The notes under the pieces are model-generated. The model was given only the letters and a program-made list of their open reading frames with translations, was not told the DNA's origin and ran no database searches. The position numbers and the translations under genes were made by a program. DNA of 64,000 nucleotides, taken from positions 96,001 to 160,000 of the forward strand of contig JAWBAK010000001.1 of assembly GCA_038997165.1 (NCBI GenBank), read 5' to 3'. The number at the start of each line of letters is the position of its first letter. Positions within the stretch are counted from its first letter, which is position 1. The stretch is from Candidatus Aenigmatarchaeota archaeon (GTDB lineage: Archaea > Aenigmatarchaeota > Aenigmatarchaeia > CG10238-14 > SpSt-28). Below, piece by piece: positions 9,834 through 19,879 of this stretch.

Positions 9834-10471
9834 TAAGTCTATTTTTTCTAAATTTAGCTTTATCTCAAAAAATAGTGGTTAATGTTTTAGAAAGCTTAAA
9901 TTTTTCGATAGTTAACTATACTAAGTTAGAAAATAAAAATTTTTTTAGTTACAATGCATATGTTTATAATACTGGTTCCAAAAGTTTTAAAGCTAAATTA
10001 TTTTTAGAAAGTGACTGCTGCAAAATATATTCCGAAGAAAATATATTAAATCCATCTGAAGAAAAGTTTTTTTCAATATATTATTTGTCGTTAAGGAATG
10101 AAAGTATTAACATCTCTTTAATTGTTGATGATTTAAATATTCCTATAGGAAGGTTTTTGTTTAATTTTTCAGAGATTCTAAATGTTACTGAAAAAAATTT
10201 AGATTATATATTTGAAAACGGTAAATTAAAAATCTTAGGAAACTTAGACAATTATCATTTTTTTATACTAAATCATTCTACAACGCAAAAAAAATTAAAT
10301 AAAAACTATAATGAAATTGAAATAAAAAATTTTCAATTAGAGAAAATAGATGTTTTGTTTTTTAATGAAACTGAATTCTTTATCAAAAGTTTTGAATTAA
10401 AAAATCCAAATATATTTAAAAAAGTTTTATTTGAAATTAAGAAGATCTTAACTTTAGCCTTTTCAATTTAA
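9803..10471 (+). CDS. Secreted Ig-like protein
   Basis: Signal peptide LALS|Q; VYNTGS and ILNPSEE motifs. Confidence 0.65.
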   Translation: MGSYFILFVLISLFFLNLALSQKIVVNVLESLNFSIVNYTKLENKNFFSYNAYVYNTGSKSFKAKLFLESDCCKIYSEENILNPSEEKFFSIYYLSLRNESINISLIVDDLNIPIGRFLFNFSEILNVTEKNLDYIFENGKLKILGNLDNYHFFILNHSTTQKKLNKNYNEIEIKNFQLEKIDVLFFNETEFFIKSFELKNPNIFKKVLFEIKKILTLAFSI

Positions 10472-11663
10472 AGGAGTATAAGCTTCTGTATTTGATATAA
10501 TCTCTGATTTTTTTGACTAGTATAAATATTAAAAATACTGTAAATGCTATTAATAAGATGTAAATAATTAAGTTTATTGGTATTGCATAATAAACTTTTC
10601 TTTCTGTTATCGGTATTGTTTCTAAGTAAAGTTTTGAAATTTCTATTATAGTTAAATTAATATACCTTCTTACATTCTCTAATTCTTTTAAACTTTCTTC
10701 AAAAAGTTTGAATCTAAAGAAATTTTTTGAAAATAATAAATGAGAAGACGCATTTTCTAAATAATTTTTTGCTAAATGAATATTTTTTCCTTGAAGTTCT
10801 AAATTAGTTATTTCCATGTTTAAATCCCTTATGAGTTTTTCGTAAAAATCTATTAACTTTTCTAATTTTTCTATAATTTCTGCTTTACTTACGTTTATTT
10901 CTATATCGAAACATTTTTCAATTTCCTTTGAAATTAAACAAAACGATGCTAAATAATTTTTTGGTGTAATTTCATAACTAACGTTAAGCTCTACTAAAAA
11001 AACTGCTGTTTCGTTAAAAAATAGCTTAGTTATTAATAATGGGTATTTTATTTTAAGGTTTAGCTCTGAAGAAATATTAAGTTTTAAATCATTCAATGTA
11101 TCTCCCTTGTTTATAACTTTAATAAAAAAGTTTATTACATCTCCTTGAGAAATGTTAATAACTTTTGGATAAAAAATTTCAAGCTCATATTTCTTTTGGA
11201 GTTCTGGAGGTAATGTTGGTATTGAAGGTATTGTTATTGAAGGTACTATTTGTAATGGTTTAGGATTAACTTCGATATAACCTTGGCTTTCTTTATATTT
11301 TGTTTGAGAAAAACATTTTATAGAAACGTTATAAATCCCTTTTGGTAAAGAAACCTTTGTTGAGAATTCTAAATACTGAGATGGTTCTAGAAAATATATG
11401 TTTGAAATAATTCTTCTCAAAAAATTATTGTTGTATATAAGTATTTCGGCATAGTACTCTGAACTAATACTTCCGCAATTCTCACATCTGACAAGCATAT
11501 CAAAAATTTCGTTTTCATAAACTACCGTTGGATAAAAAGCATTAATACAAATTATTTCTTTCTGATTTATTTGAAGTGATAATTGAAAAAATGCTGTATA
11601 GGAGAAAAAAAATAAAAGCAGTATTAGAAAAATCAAAAGTGTAATGTAAAATTTTATTCCCAT
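10437..11663 (-). CDS. Membrane-anchored protein: two CARDB/Ig-like domains, Pro-rich linker, helical stalk, C-terminal TM
   Basis: ENCGS and VINKGD Ig motifs, PSITIPSIPTLPP linker, TM LIIYILLIAFTVFLIFILV followed by KK. Confidence 0.75.
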   Translation of the reverse strand: MGIKFYITLLIFLILLLFFFSYTAFFQLSLQINQKEIICINAFYPTVVYENEIFDMLVRCENCGSISSEYYAEILIYNNNFLRRIISNIYFLEPSQYLEFSTKVSLPKGIYNVSIKCFSQTKYKESQGYIEVNPKPLQIVPSITIPSIPTLPPELQKKYELEIFYPKVINISQGDVINFFIKVINKGDTLNDLKLNISSELNLKIKYPLLITKLFFNETAVFLVELNVSYEITPKNYLASFCLISKEIEKCFDIEINVSKAEIIEKLEKLIDFYEKLIRDLNMEITNLELQGKNIHLAKNYLENASSHLLFSKNFFRFKLFEESLKELENVRRYINLTIIEISKLYLETIPITERKVYYAIPINLIIYILLIAFTVFLIFILVKKIRDYIKYRSLYSFKLKRLKLRSS

Positions 11664-11725
11664 TATAAAATATCTCGTTTAAAAAAGAAATAATTAAATA
11701 TAATATTAAACAATAATATTTAATA

Positions 11726-14700
11726 ATGGAGTTAAAAGAAATTGTTTTGGTTTTTTTGGTATTTCTAACATTTTTTAGCTTTTTTTCTTTTTCCCAAATT
11801 GAAACTCAAAGATTTAATCAATCGGAAAGTTCTGTAATAATAGGAAGTGCATCTACATTAAATCAAGCTGTTATAGATTCTCTTCTTAATATAGATTCTG
11901 ATGGATTGACTTGGAATATAGCAAAATCTCAAGTACCGCATAGGAAAATTAAAACTGTTGAATACTTCATTTATCAAGATATGACACAAATGGCAGCAAA
12001 TACTGAAAAATCTGGAAGCTTTACTGTTTACATTCCAGAAAAAAATCCAATAATAAGAAGCGCTATAATAGAAATAAGAAACTTAATATACAATGCTCAA
12101 ATAACAGCGGGTCAAACTGTTATTTTATCCAATGGAACTACAAACATAACACTATTAATCACTCAAGCAGGTCCAGCAGCTACTGGAGAAAATATGTATT
12201 ATACATTTTTAATTAATGCAACAGATGCCTTAAGAAATTTTATTTCTGGAAGTGGTACTTATACTTTTACTTTATACGTTAAATTAAATGCTATTAGACA
12301 AGGAGAAAATGCAAAATTAATTTTGACGTATGAATATGATAGCGATTCTCCTAGAGAAATTAAAACAATTAGATTTTTTGTTGGTCAAATAAATTCAACC
12401 TTAGCTGTAGGTTCATCTACTAATTTTACAATTCCACCATTAAATCTACCAGAAAAAAATGTAATTATAAGGGATGCTTTTTTTGAAACATATATTCACT
12501 TACAGCCAGGAGGTACTGTAGATCAAGGTATATCAATAGATTTAGATGGTGTAAACGCAATTTCTGGAACACCTATAGATAATGCTGGTGTAACCACAAT
12601 AGATTATGTTTTTTTATATAGAAACATTTTTGATACATCAACATCGCATACTTTCAATTTTAAACCAACTGCTGGTTATGCTTTACATGCAGTTGGTACT
12701 GAATTAGTATTAACTTACGAATATGATAGCGATTCTGAATTGCAATTAAAAACTGTAAGGTATTTAATTGGTCAAGATGGTGGATTATACACTACACCAC
12801 ACACAGCAACATTTTCAAGAACTATTATTATTCCAGAAGATGTTAAAAGTATTATAAGCGCTTATAATAGAGTAACTTTTTCCATAGCTTATGGTACAGG
12901 AGCCGGAACAACAACATATACAACAACAATTGGTGTAAATTCATCTGTTTCTGGAGAATCTCAACCTAGAGTTGATTATATATTGGGTTTAAGAGATGAG
13001 CAAGTAAGTCATTCAATGATTTTATATAATGCAACTGGTTTATACAGTATAACAAATGGTACAACTATAGTCTGCTCTGTTTATAGCTCAGCAGCTTCCA
13101 CAAGCTATTATACTGGAAGTAAAGGTTGCGAATTAATATTAACTTATGTTTATAATGCCTCTAATTCAACTTCATTTGTAAATAGCGTAGAATATTTTGT
13201 AGGTAGTAGTTATCATTTAGCTTTAGCATCTTCAATTAACTTTCCTTTTAGTTTTGTAATATCTGAACCAAATTATTTAATTAGAGATGCCTATTTAAAT
13301 GTATATGGATTTACTGGATCTTCTACAGCAGCTACAAATACCTTAGTTTCTTATGTTGACGTTCCAGGATATGTTTCTCAAACATGTAATTTCAGAAATA
13401 CTGGAGAAGCGAGGTCTGATTTCTGTTGGGATTACGTTGGAGATAATATAACTGTTGCAAACAGTTATACTGTAGTTTTATCTTCTAGTGTAACAAGATG
13501 GTTTGCATCAAAACTAATAGTAACTTATTCTTATATGCCATTTTATAAAGTTGAAGTTGAACATAATGCATCGATATTTTTTGAAGGTCTTCTAAGAAAT
13601 ATTAGCATAATGATTAACTTCACTTCTTCTACTCAAAGCACTTTTTCTATGCATATATATGATTTCAAAAACAATCAATGGAATAGTACTATTTGTCAGA
13701 ATTTATTAGCAAACCCAAACCAATTCTATGTTTATTGGTGTAATATAAGCAATTCAGAAGTTAATAATTTTGTTTCTAATGATAATAAAGTTAGGGTTAG
13801 ATTTTTTTCTAACGAAGATTTTAATCAAGGAGTTTTAATGGAAGAATATGTACAGTTTTTCGTTACTTATGAATTCATTAACTATGCACCAATTTTGTTT
13901 GATAACATCGAAATTCCTAACTCACCAACTACATATTTAAAAAATAGAGCATATATTTTTAAAGTTAAAGTAACTGATCTTAATGGAGAAAATGATATAG
14001 ATAGTGTTATATTTGAGTTTAATGGAATTAATCAAACTGTAAATAATTACGTTACAATAAATTCTACTACTAGAGAATATTCTATAGAAATTTATGATTT
14101 GGCTGCAAATCCATATGGATATATTTTTAGATGGTACGCTAAGGATAAAAGAAATTCTTGGTCAAATGTTGTTGAAGGAATGTATGTAATTAACAAAGCT
14201 ATTCCAGAAATAAACTTAGAATTATCTAATAGTATAGTAGATTATCCTAACGAAACAAATGCTACTTGCTATTTAATTTTAGGCGACGAAGAAAATAACC
14301 TAAAACTCTATAGAAATAATACTCTTGTTAATAGCAATAAAGATAGAGTTTCAGAAATTGCTATATTAGGCGCTGGAGTTTATGAATATTCATGTTATTA
14401 TGAAGAAACTCAGAACTTTACTTCATATTTAGTTGAAAATTTTATATTAACTATAAATAAGGGCATTCCAAAAGTATTCTTAGAAATTAATGGAATGCAA
14501 GATGATTACATAACTTATTATCCAGAAGAGATAAACATTACAGCTTGGATGGAAAACTTATATGAAGAGGGAGAAATAAAATTATATAAAAATGGGAACT
14601 TAATCTTTTCTGGAAAAAGATTTTCTGAAGTTTCTGTTTTAGCAGCTGGAGAATATTATTTTGATTTAATTTTTGAAGAAACACAAAACTATACTTATTA

Positions 14701-17700
14701 TGAAATTAGAAACAAATATCTAAGAATAAATAAAGGAATTTCTTCAGCTCAGCTAATTATATATCCAGAGTCTCCAATAACATATGGAACAGAAACTACT
14801 GCAATATGTATAGCTACAAATCCAGAAGCTGAAGCAAAATTATGGAGAAATGGAACAGATGTTACTAGTGAAAACGGAACAGCTATAATATTGCCGGCAG
14901 GAATTTGGTATTATGAATGTAATGTTACAGAAACACAAAATTACACAAGTGCCTCTGATTCTAAAATATATATAGTTAATAAAGCGTTTGTTGAAGTGAA
15001 ACTGTTTTTAAATGGAACAGAAGAAGATAGAGTTTATACTTATGGAGATTTTGCAAACATAACTGCAACTATTAATGTTTCTGATAAAGTTATTTATATA
15101 GAGGCTAATTTTAGCGGATATCCGGAAATTATAGCATATGGAAAAGATGTTGTTACTATAATAACTAATAATTTTGGTGCTGGTATCTATAATATAACTG
15201 CTTATTTTTCTGGGGATCAAAATTATACAAGTAGTTTTAAGAGTTTATTGATGATAGTGAATAAAAAACCAACAAACATATATCTGTGGATAAATGGAAC
15301 AAGAGAAAATAAGGTTTATTATGATAATGCAACAATTAATTTTACTGTTGAATTGCTAGAAAATAACGATATAGTTCGGTTATTAAGTAACTATAGCGAT
15401 GGTAATTATAAAATTATTTCAAGTGGAGTTTCTCCGTTAATAACTATTCTTAACTTAGATGTTGGGGGTATATTTAATTTTACAGGTTATTATCCTGGAA
15501 ACCTTAACTATACTGAAAGTTCTGAAAGTTGGATAGTAACCATAGGAAAAATGAATGTAAATGTAGAGATTTTACCAGCACAAAAAATAGGAATAAACGA
15601 TGTTTTTAATATAAAGGGAGTTTGTAGTTGTATGTATGTGAATTGTAGTAATGTTAATGTTGAGTTGTTAGTAGACAATGAAAGAATTTCAAACGAATCA
15701 TTATCTTTACAATTAGTAGATGGGGATAATCCATATTATTTGGAAGGAAGTTTTGATTACATAGAAGTTTTTTGGAATGTTTCAGCAAATATAATAGGGA
15801 ATTATTCTATAAAGGTTAAGTGTAACTCCTCTGAATTTTATGATAAGTTTTCTGAAGAAAAAACTATAGAAATTATAGATAATAAAGCACCTAAGTGGTT
15901 TTTAAACAGAAGCTTTCCTGAGATAGCTTATTATTCTCCGAATGCTAATTATAGATTTAGCATTGTTTGGATAGATGAAAGCGAAATAGAAGAAGTTTTA
16001 ATAGAGCATAACTTTACTTCCATAGTTAAAAACGATAGTATGATAAAAAATGGTAATGAATTCTATTTTGAAATATATGATTTGCCAGCGGGAACTTATT
16101 ATTGGAAAAGCTATGCTAAGGATATATATGGAAATTGGAATGTTAGCCACGATTTTATTTACGTTGTAAATAAAGCGCCTGTTGAAATAAAAATATATTT
16201 TAATGGAAGTGAAGAGCAAAATGTTTTTGATGTTTATGATATAATAAACGTTACAGCTATAATAAATGTAAGCAATAAAATAATTTATTTGAATTCGAAT
16301 CTTCCAAATTGGGATATAGTTGAAAATAATACAATAATAGATATTTTAGTTAACCTTAATAAAAAAGGTAAGTTTATATTTAGCTCATATTTCTTGGGAG
16401 ATCAAAATTATTCCTCGTATTATATCGAAAAAGAAATTGAAGTAGTTGATAGAATTCCGCCAAAAATTGTTTTTATTGGACAAAATAGAAGTTGGATTGG
16501 AGTAGGAGAAAGTTTGCTTATTTTTGGTAAATGGGATGACAACTATGATTTAGATTACGCTTGGTTGGAAACTAATGAAAATGGTTCTTGGGAAAATGTC
16601 TCTTATGTTAAATTGAATTTAGAAGATAATTTAATTTGGTCCAATTTTACTTGGAGAAATCCAGAAGTAATCGCTGGTAGTTGGATTAGTTGGAGAATAT
16701 GTGCTAATGATACATCTAATAATATAAAGTGTTCTCAAATATATAGTTTTTTTGTTAATGCGAGTAAGCTATGGAACATTACTTTGAATGAAAGAATTTT
16801 TTCTTCTCCTTCAATAGGAGATGTTAATGGAGATGGAGAAATTAATGTTGTTATTGCAAGTTTTAATGGAACATTATACGCTATAAGAGCTGTTAATGGA
16901 GAAATTCTTTGGATAATCAACTTACCTGGAAGAATTGTTGGAAGTCCCTCTCTTTCGCAGCTAGAAAATGAAAATTATTTGAGAATTTTCATTGGTAGTT
17001 ATGATTATAATTTATATGCTATAAATGGTAGTGATGGAAGTAAAATATGGAATTTTTCTGCTAGTGGAAGAATTGTCTCTTCAGCAGCTATAGGAGATGT
17101 TAATGGAGATAATGTTATAGATATAGTTTTTGGTTCGGAAGATGGAAAGGTCTATTGCATAGATATTCTTAATGGAAATTTAATATGGAGTTTTCAAACT
17201 AATGGAAGAATAGTTTCTTCGCCATCAATAAAGAAAATTGGAGATGAAACATATGTTTTCATTGGCAGTTATGATTATAATTTATATGCTATAAATGGTA
17301 GTGATGGAAGTAAAATATGGAATTTTTCTGCTAAGGATAAAATTGAAAGTACTCCATTAATAGATGATTTCGATAATGACGGAAAATATGAAGTTGTTTT
17401 TGGATCTTATGATAGAAATGTTTATGTTTTAGATGCTCAAACAGGAAATTTGCTATGGAACTATACAACCAATAATTGGATAACTTCTTCTCCAATAACT
17501 TTAAGAGTTGGAAATGATAAAAAAATTATAATTACGTCACATGATTCGAAGGTTTACTCTTTTAATCCAGATGGCACAATTAACTGGACTTTTACAATTC
17601 CTACAGGTGGAAGGGTTCCATATTTACCTTCTGCTTTCGATGCAAATAAAGACGGTATTCAAGATGTTATAGTTGGTGCTACAGACGGAAGAATTTATGT

Positions 17701-19354
17701 AATTAATGGATTAAATGGAACTCTAATTTGGTTTTATAATATTGGAAACTACATTTATACTTCTCCCGCAATTGCAGATCTAAATAGAGATGGAAAATTA
17801 GATGTTTCTTTTGGAGGCTTAGATAGAAATGTATATGCACTAGATCCTCCATCTTGGAATATGTTTGGTGGAAACGAAAGAAGTACAAGAATTTATGATA
17901 TCGTTCCGCCAAAGCTTATTCATTATGAAAAAGAAATAGATGGTTGTAATATTAATATTGTTTCTAAATGGAAAGATTTATCTAATCTTGAATTTGCAGA
18001 AGTATTTATAGAGAGTGAAAATTTAAAAGAAAAGTACAAAATTAAATTATTTGGCCCAGAAGATTGGGTTAATATTACATTTAAATCTTGCAATAATTCT
18101 ATTGTAAATATAAAAGTCTTGGATGAATATGGAAATGTAGAAAAGCTAGAAGATTATATAGAGATTAAAGTTTACGATAATAAACCAAAAATAATAGAAG
18201 TTAAAACTATTCCAAACACAAGTTTTTATAACAAAAATCAAGTTTATGAGATATTGGCAAAAATAGAAGATGATTATGAAATTTCGAATGTTTTGATTGA
18301 AAATGATTTTAAAGGTTATTTATCTAACGAAAGTATGTATTTAGAAAACAATTATTTTGTTTATCACATTTCTAGCTTGGAAGCCAATACTTATAAATTT
18401 AGGATACATGCATGTGATTTATCAAATAATTGCGAAAGTTCTGAATGGAATGAAATAATAATTCTTAAAGCTCCTCAAAATGTTACGCTTAAATTAGATA
18501 AAGAAACTTACAAATATGGAGAGTTTATTAAAATTAATTGCACAGCCGCTAAAGACGAAATTTCAAAAATAAAAATACTTATAAACGACAGTTTAATAAA
18601 AGAAGAAATAAGTAATGAAATAAACATCTCATTAAAGTTGCAGAGTGGTTATTGGAAAATTAAATGCATTGCAGAAGAATCTAAAAATTATTTAGAAGGT
18701 TTTGATGAAAAAACAATTGTAGTTGAAAAAAGAATTCCAAAAACTAAGCTAAAAATTAATTATAATGAAAGTGATGTAGTATTAGAATGTCCGGCTAAAA
18801 TAAGAATTGATGCATATTCTTTAGAAGAAGATGAGGATGTCGAATATTATTTATTCCTATCTTCAGAAGAATACAATGAATTTTTAGGTTATGGAAAAAA
18901 TATAAGCTTAGAATTAATTTTTGAAAATGCGAGAAACTTTAAAGTTATATATAACAATAGCGGGGGAAAAAATATTTTTTCACATCAAATAGTTAGAAAT
19001 GTTTTTATTATCGATAATAAAAGTCCTAAAAATATATTTTATAAAAAAAGCCTTAATAGAGATGATTTAATTATTACTTCTAAATGGATGGATAATTGTA
19101 GTGAGATAGTAAGAGCTATAATTACTGAAAATAGCAATGGAAATAAAGAAATTGTAGTAAAACCTGTTAATGGTTGGGTTAACTATACAATATCTAGAAC
19201 AGATTTATTCTCTACATATGGATGTAAATGGATATTAGGAAGAATATGCATAAAGGAAGTAAGTTTTGAAATAAAGGTTTTTGATTCTTTCAATAATTTC
19301 GCTATTAAAAAAGATAAAGTTAAACTAATTTTTTTAAGTTCTAGAAAAATATAG
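11726..19354 (+). CDS. Giant secreted adhesin-like protein (2542 aa): four N-terminal Thr/Gly-rich repeats, Ig-like stalk repeats, FG-GAP/PQQ-like beta-propeller
   Basis: Signal peptide FFSFS|Q; repeated SSP.IGDVNGDG and GSYD.NLYAING.DG.KIW blades; NK..L...NG...AG.Y...ETQNYT stalk repeats; many N-x-S/T sequons. Confidence 0.85.
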   Translation: MELKEIVLVFLVFLTFFSFFSFSQIETQRFNQSESSVIIGSASTLNQAVIDSLLNIDSDGLTWNIAKSQVPHRKIKTVEYFIYQDMTQMAANTEKSGSFTVYIPEKNPIIRSAIIEIRNLIYNAQITAGQTVILSNGTTNITLLITQAGPAATGENMYYTFLINATDALRNFISGSGTYTFTLYVKLNAIRQGENAKLILTYEYDSDSPREIKTIRFFVGQINSTLAVGSSTNFTIPPLNLPEKNVIIRDAFFETYIHLQPGGTVDQGISIDLDGVNAISGTPIDNAGVTTIDYVFLYRNIFDTSTSHTFNFKPTAGYALHAVGTELVLTYEYDSDSELQLKTVRYLIGQDGGLYTTPHTATFSRTIIIPEDVKSIISAYNRVTFSIAYGTGAGTTTYTTTIGVNSSVSGESQPRVDYILGLRDEQVSHSMILYNATGLYSITNGTTIVCSVYSSAASTSYYTGSKGCELILTYVYNASNSTSFVNSVEYFVGSSYHLALASSINFPFSFVISEPNYLIRDAYLNVYGFTGSSTAATNTLVSYVDVPGYVSQTCNFRNTGEARSDFCWDYVGDNITVANSYTVVLSSSVTRWFASKLIVTYSYMPFYKVEVEHNASIFFEGLLRNISIMINFTSSTQSTFSMHIYDFKNNQWNSTICQNLLANPNQFYVYWCNISNSEVNNFVSNDNKVRVRFFSNEDFNQGVLMEEYVQFFVTYEFINYAPILFDNIEIPNSPTTYLKNRAYIFKVKVTDLNGENDIDSVIFEFNGINQTVNNYVTINSTTREYSIEIYDLAANPYGYIFRWYAKDKRNSWSNVVEGMYVINKAIPEINLELSNSIVDYPNETNATCYLILGDEENNLKLYRNNTLVNSNKDRVSEIAILGAGVYEYSCYYEETQNFTSYLVENFILTINKGIPKVFLEINGMQDDYITYYPEEINITAWMENLYEEGEIKLYKNGNLIFSGKRFSEVSVLAAGEYYFDLIFEETQNYTYYEIRNKYLRINKGISSAQLIIYPESPITYGTETTAICIATNPEAEAKLWRNGTDVTSENGTAIILPAGIWYYECNVTETQNYTSASDSKIYIVNKAFVEVKLFLNGTEEDRVYTYGDFANITATINVSDKVIYIEANFSGYPEIIAYGKDVVTIITNNFGAGIYNITAYFSGDQNYTSSFKSLLMIVNKKPTNIYLWINGTRENKVYYDNATINFTVELLENNDIVRLLSNYSDGNYKIISSGVSPLITILNLDVGGIFNFTGYYPGNLNYTESSESWIVTIGKMNVNVEILPAQKIGINDVFNIKGVCSCMYVNCSNVNVELLVDNERISNESLSLQLVDGDNPYYLEGSFDYIEVFWNVSANIIGNYSIKVKCNSSEFYDKFSEEKTIEIIDNKAPKWFLNRSFPEIAYYSPNANYRFSIVWIDESEIEEVLIEHNFTSIVKNDSMIKNGNEFYFEIYDLPAGTYYWKSYAKDIYGNWNVSHDFIYVVNKAPVEIKIYFNGSEEQNVFDVYDIINVTAIINVSNKIIYLNSNLPNWDIVENNTIIDILVNLNKKGKFIFSSYFLGDQNYSSYYIEKEIEVVDRIPPKIVFIGQNRSWIGVGESLLIFGKWDDNYDLDYAWLETNENGSWENVSYVKLNLEDNLIWSNFTWRNPEVIAGSWISWRICANDTSNNIKCSQIYSFFVNASKLWNITLNERIFSSPSIGDVNGDGEINVVIASFNGTLYAIRAVNGEILWIINLPGRIVGSPSLSQLENENYLRIFIGSYDYNLYAINGSDGSKIWNFSASGRIVSSAAIGDVNGDNVIDIVFGSEDGKVYCIDILNGNLIWSFQTNGRIVSSPSIKKIGDETYVFIGSYDYNLYAINGSDGSKIWNFSAKDKIESTPLIDDFDNDGKYEVVFGSYDRNVYVLDAQTGNLLWNYTTNNWITSSPITLRVGNDKKIIITSHDSKVYSFNPDGTINWTFTIPTGGRVPYLPSAFDANKDGIQDVIVGATDGRIYVINGLNGTLIWFYNIGNYIYTSPAIADLNRDGKLDVSFGGLDRNVYALDPPSWNMFGGNERSTRIYDIVPPKLIHYEKEIDGCNINIVSKWKDLSNLEFAEVFIESENLKEKYKIKLFGPEDWVNITFKSCNNSIVNIKVLDEYGNVEKLEDYIEIKVYDNKPKIIEVKTIPNTSFYNKNQVYEILAKIEDDYEISNVLIENDFKGYLSNESMYLENNYFVYHISSLEANTYKFRIHACDLSNNCESSEWNEIIILKAPQNVTLKLDKETYKYGEFIKINCTAAKDEISKIKILINDSLIKEEISNEINISLKLQSGYWKIKCIAEESKNYLEGFDEKTIVVEKRIPKTKLKINYNESDVVLECPAKIRIDAYSLEEDEDVEYYLFLSSEEYNEFLGYGKNISLELIFENARNFKVIYNNSGGKNIFSHQIVRNVFIIDNKSPKNIFYKKSLNRDDLIITSKWMDNCSEIVRAIITENSNGNKEIVVKPVNGWVNYTISRTDLFSTYGCKWILGRICIKEVSFEIKVFDSFNNFAIKKDKVKLIFLSSRKI
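16986..17333 (+). repeat. 78-bp near-identical repeat (16986-17063 and 17256-17333) in the propeller blades
   Basis: FIGSYDYNLYAINGSDGSKIWNFSA twice; offset 270 bp; one mismatch seen. Confidence 0.9.
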
Positions 19355-19357
19355 GTT

Positions 19358-19879
19358 ATGAAAAAGAGTTATTTAGTAGCACTAATTATTTTAATTTTCT
19401 TTATCTTTTTATTTTTTAACTTTTTTATTATAGAAGAAGAAATAATATTATTTCCAAAATTTGGTAAAGATAGTGATGGTAGTTTAAGCGATGAAATAGT
19501 TGAAAATATTAAAAAAGGTTATGAAAGAGTAATTCTAAAATTTTATCCATATGGTTTTTTAGAGGTTTGGGGTTGGGAAAATCAGTTTTTTGTTAAAAAA
19601 ATTTTTGCAGTAGTAGAATGGAGAGCCGATGAAGATTTAGGAGCTGGAAATATATTTATTGGTTATTCGTTAGATGGAAAAAATTACTATGAAATTGGCC
19701 CATTCAATGCATCTAATAATTATACGAAAACAATAATAGAAATTCCTATTAAAACATTCTCTAACATAGAAAATATAAAGATTAGGTTTAGAGGAGAGGA
19801 TTTGGATTATGCAATAGATGCATATGCAGAAGTTAAAATTTATCTAAAAGTTATAAGGTATAAATTTAGATTATATTAA
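19358..19879 (+). CDS. Membrane-tethered single jelly-roll-like domain, homologous to the repeat in the next gene
   Basis: Shares DSDG, YP.G.L, GAGNI.I.YS.DG.N and RFRGEDLD motifs with 19879..21948. Confidence 0.8.
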   Translation: MKKSYLVALIILIFFIFLFFNFFIIEEEIILFPKFGKDSDGSLSDEIVENIKKGYERVILKFYPYGFLEVWGWENQFFVKKIFAVVEWRADEDLGAGNIFIGYSLDGKNYYEIGPFNASNNYTKTIIEIPIKTFSNIENIKIRFRGEDLDYAIDAYAEVKIYLKVIRYKFRLY

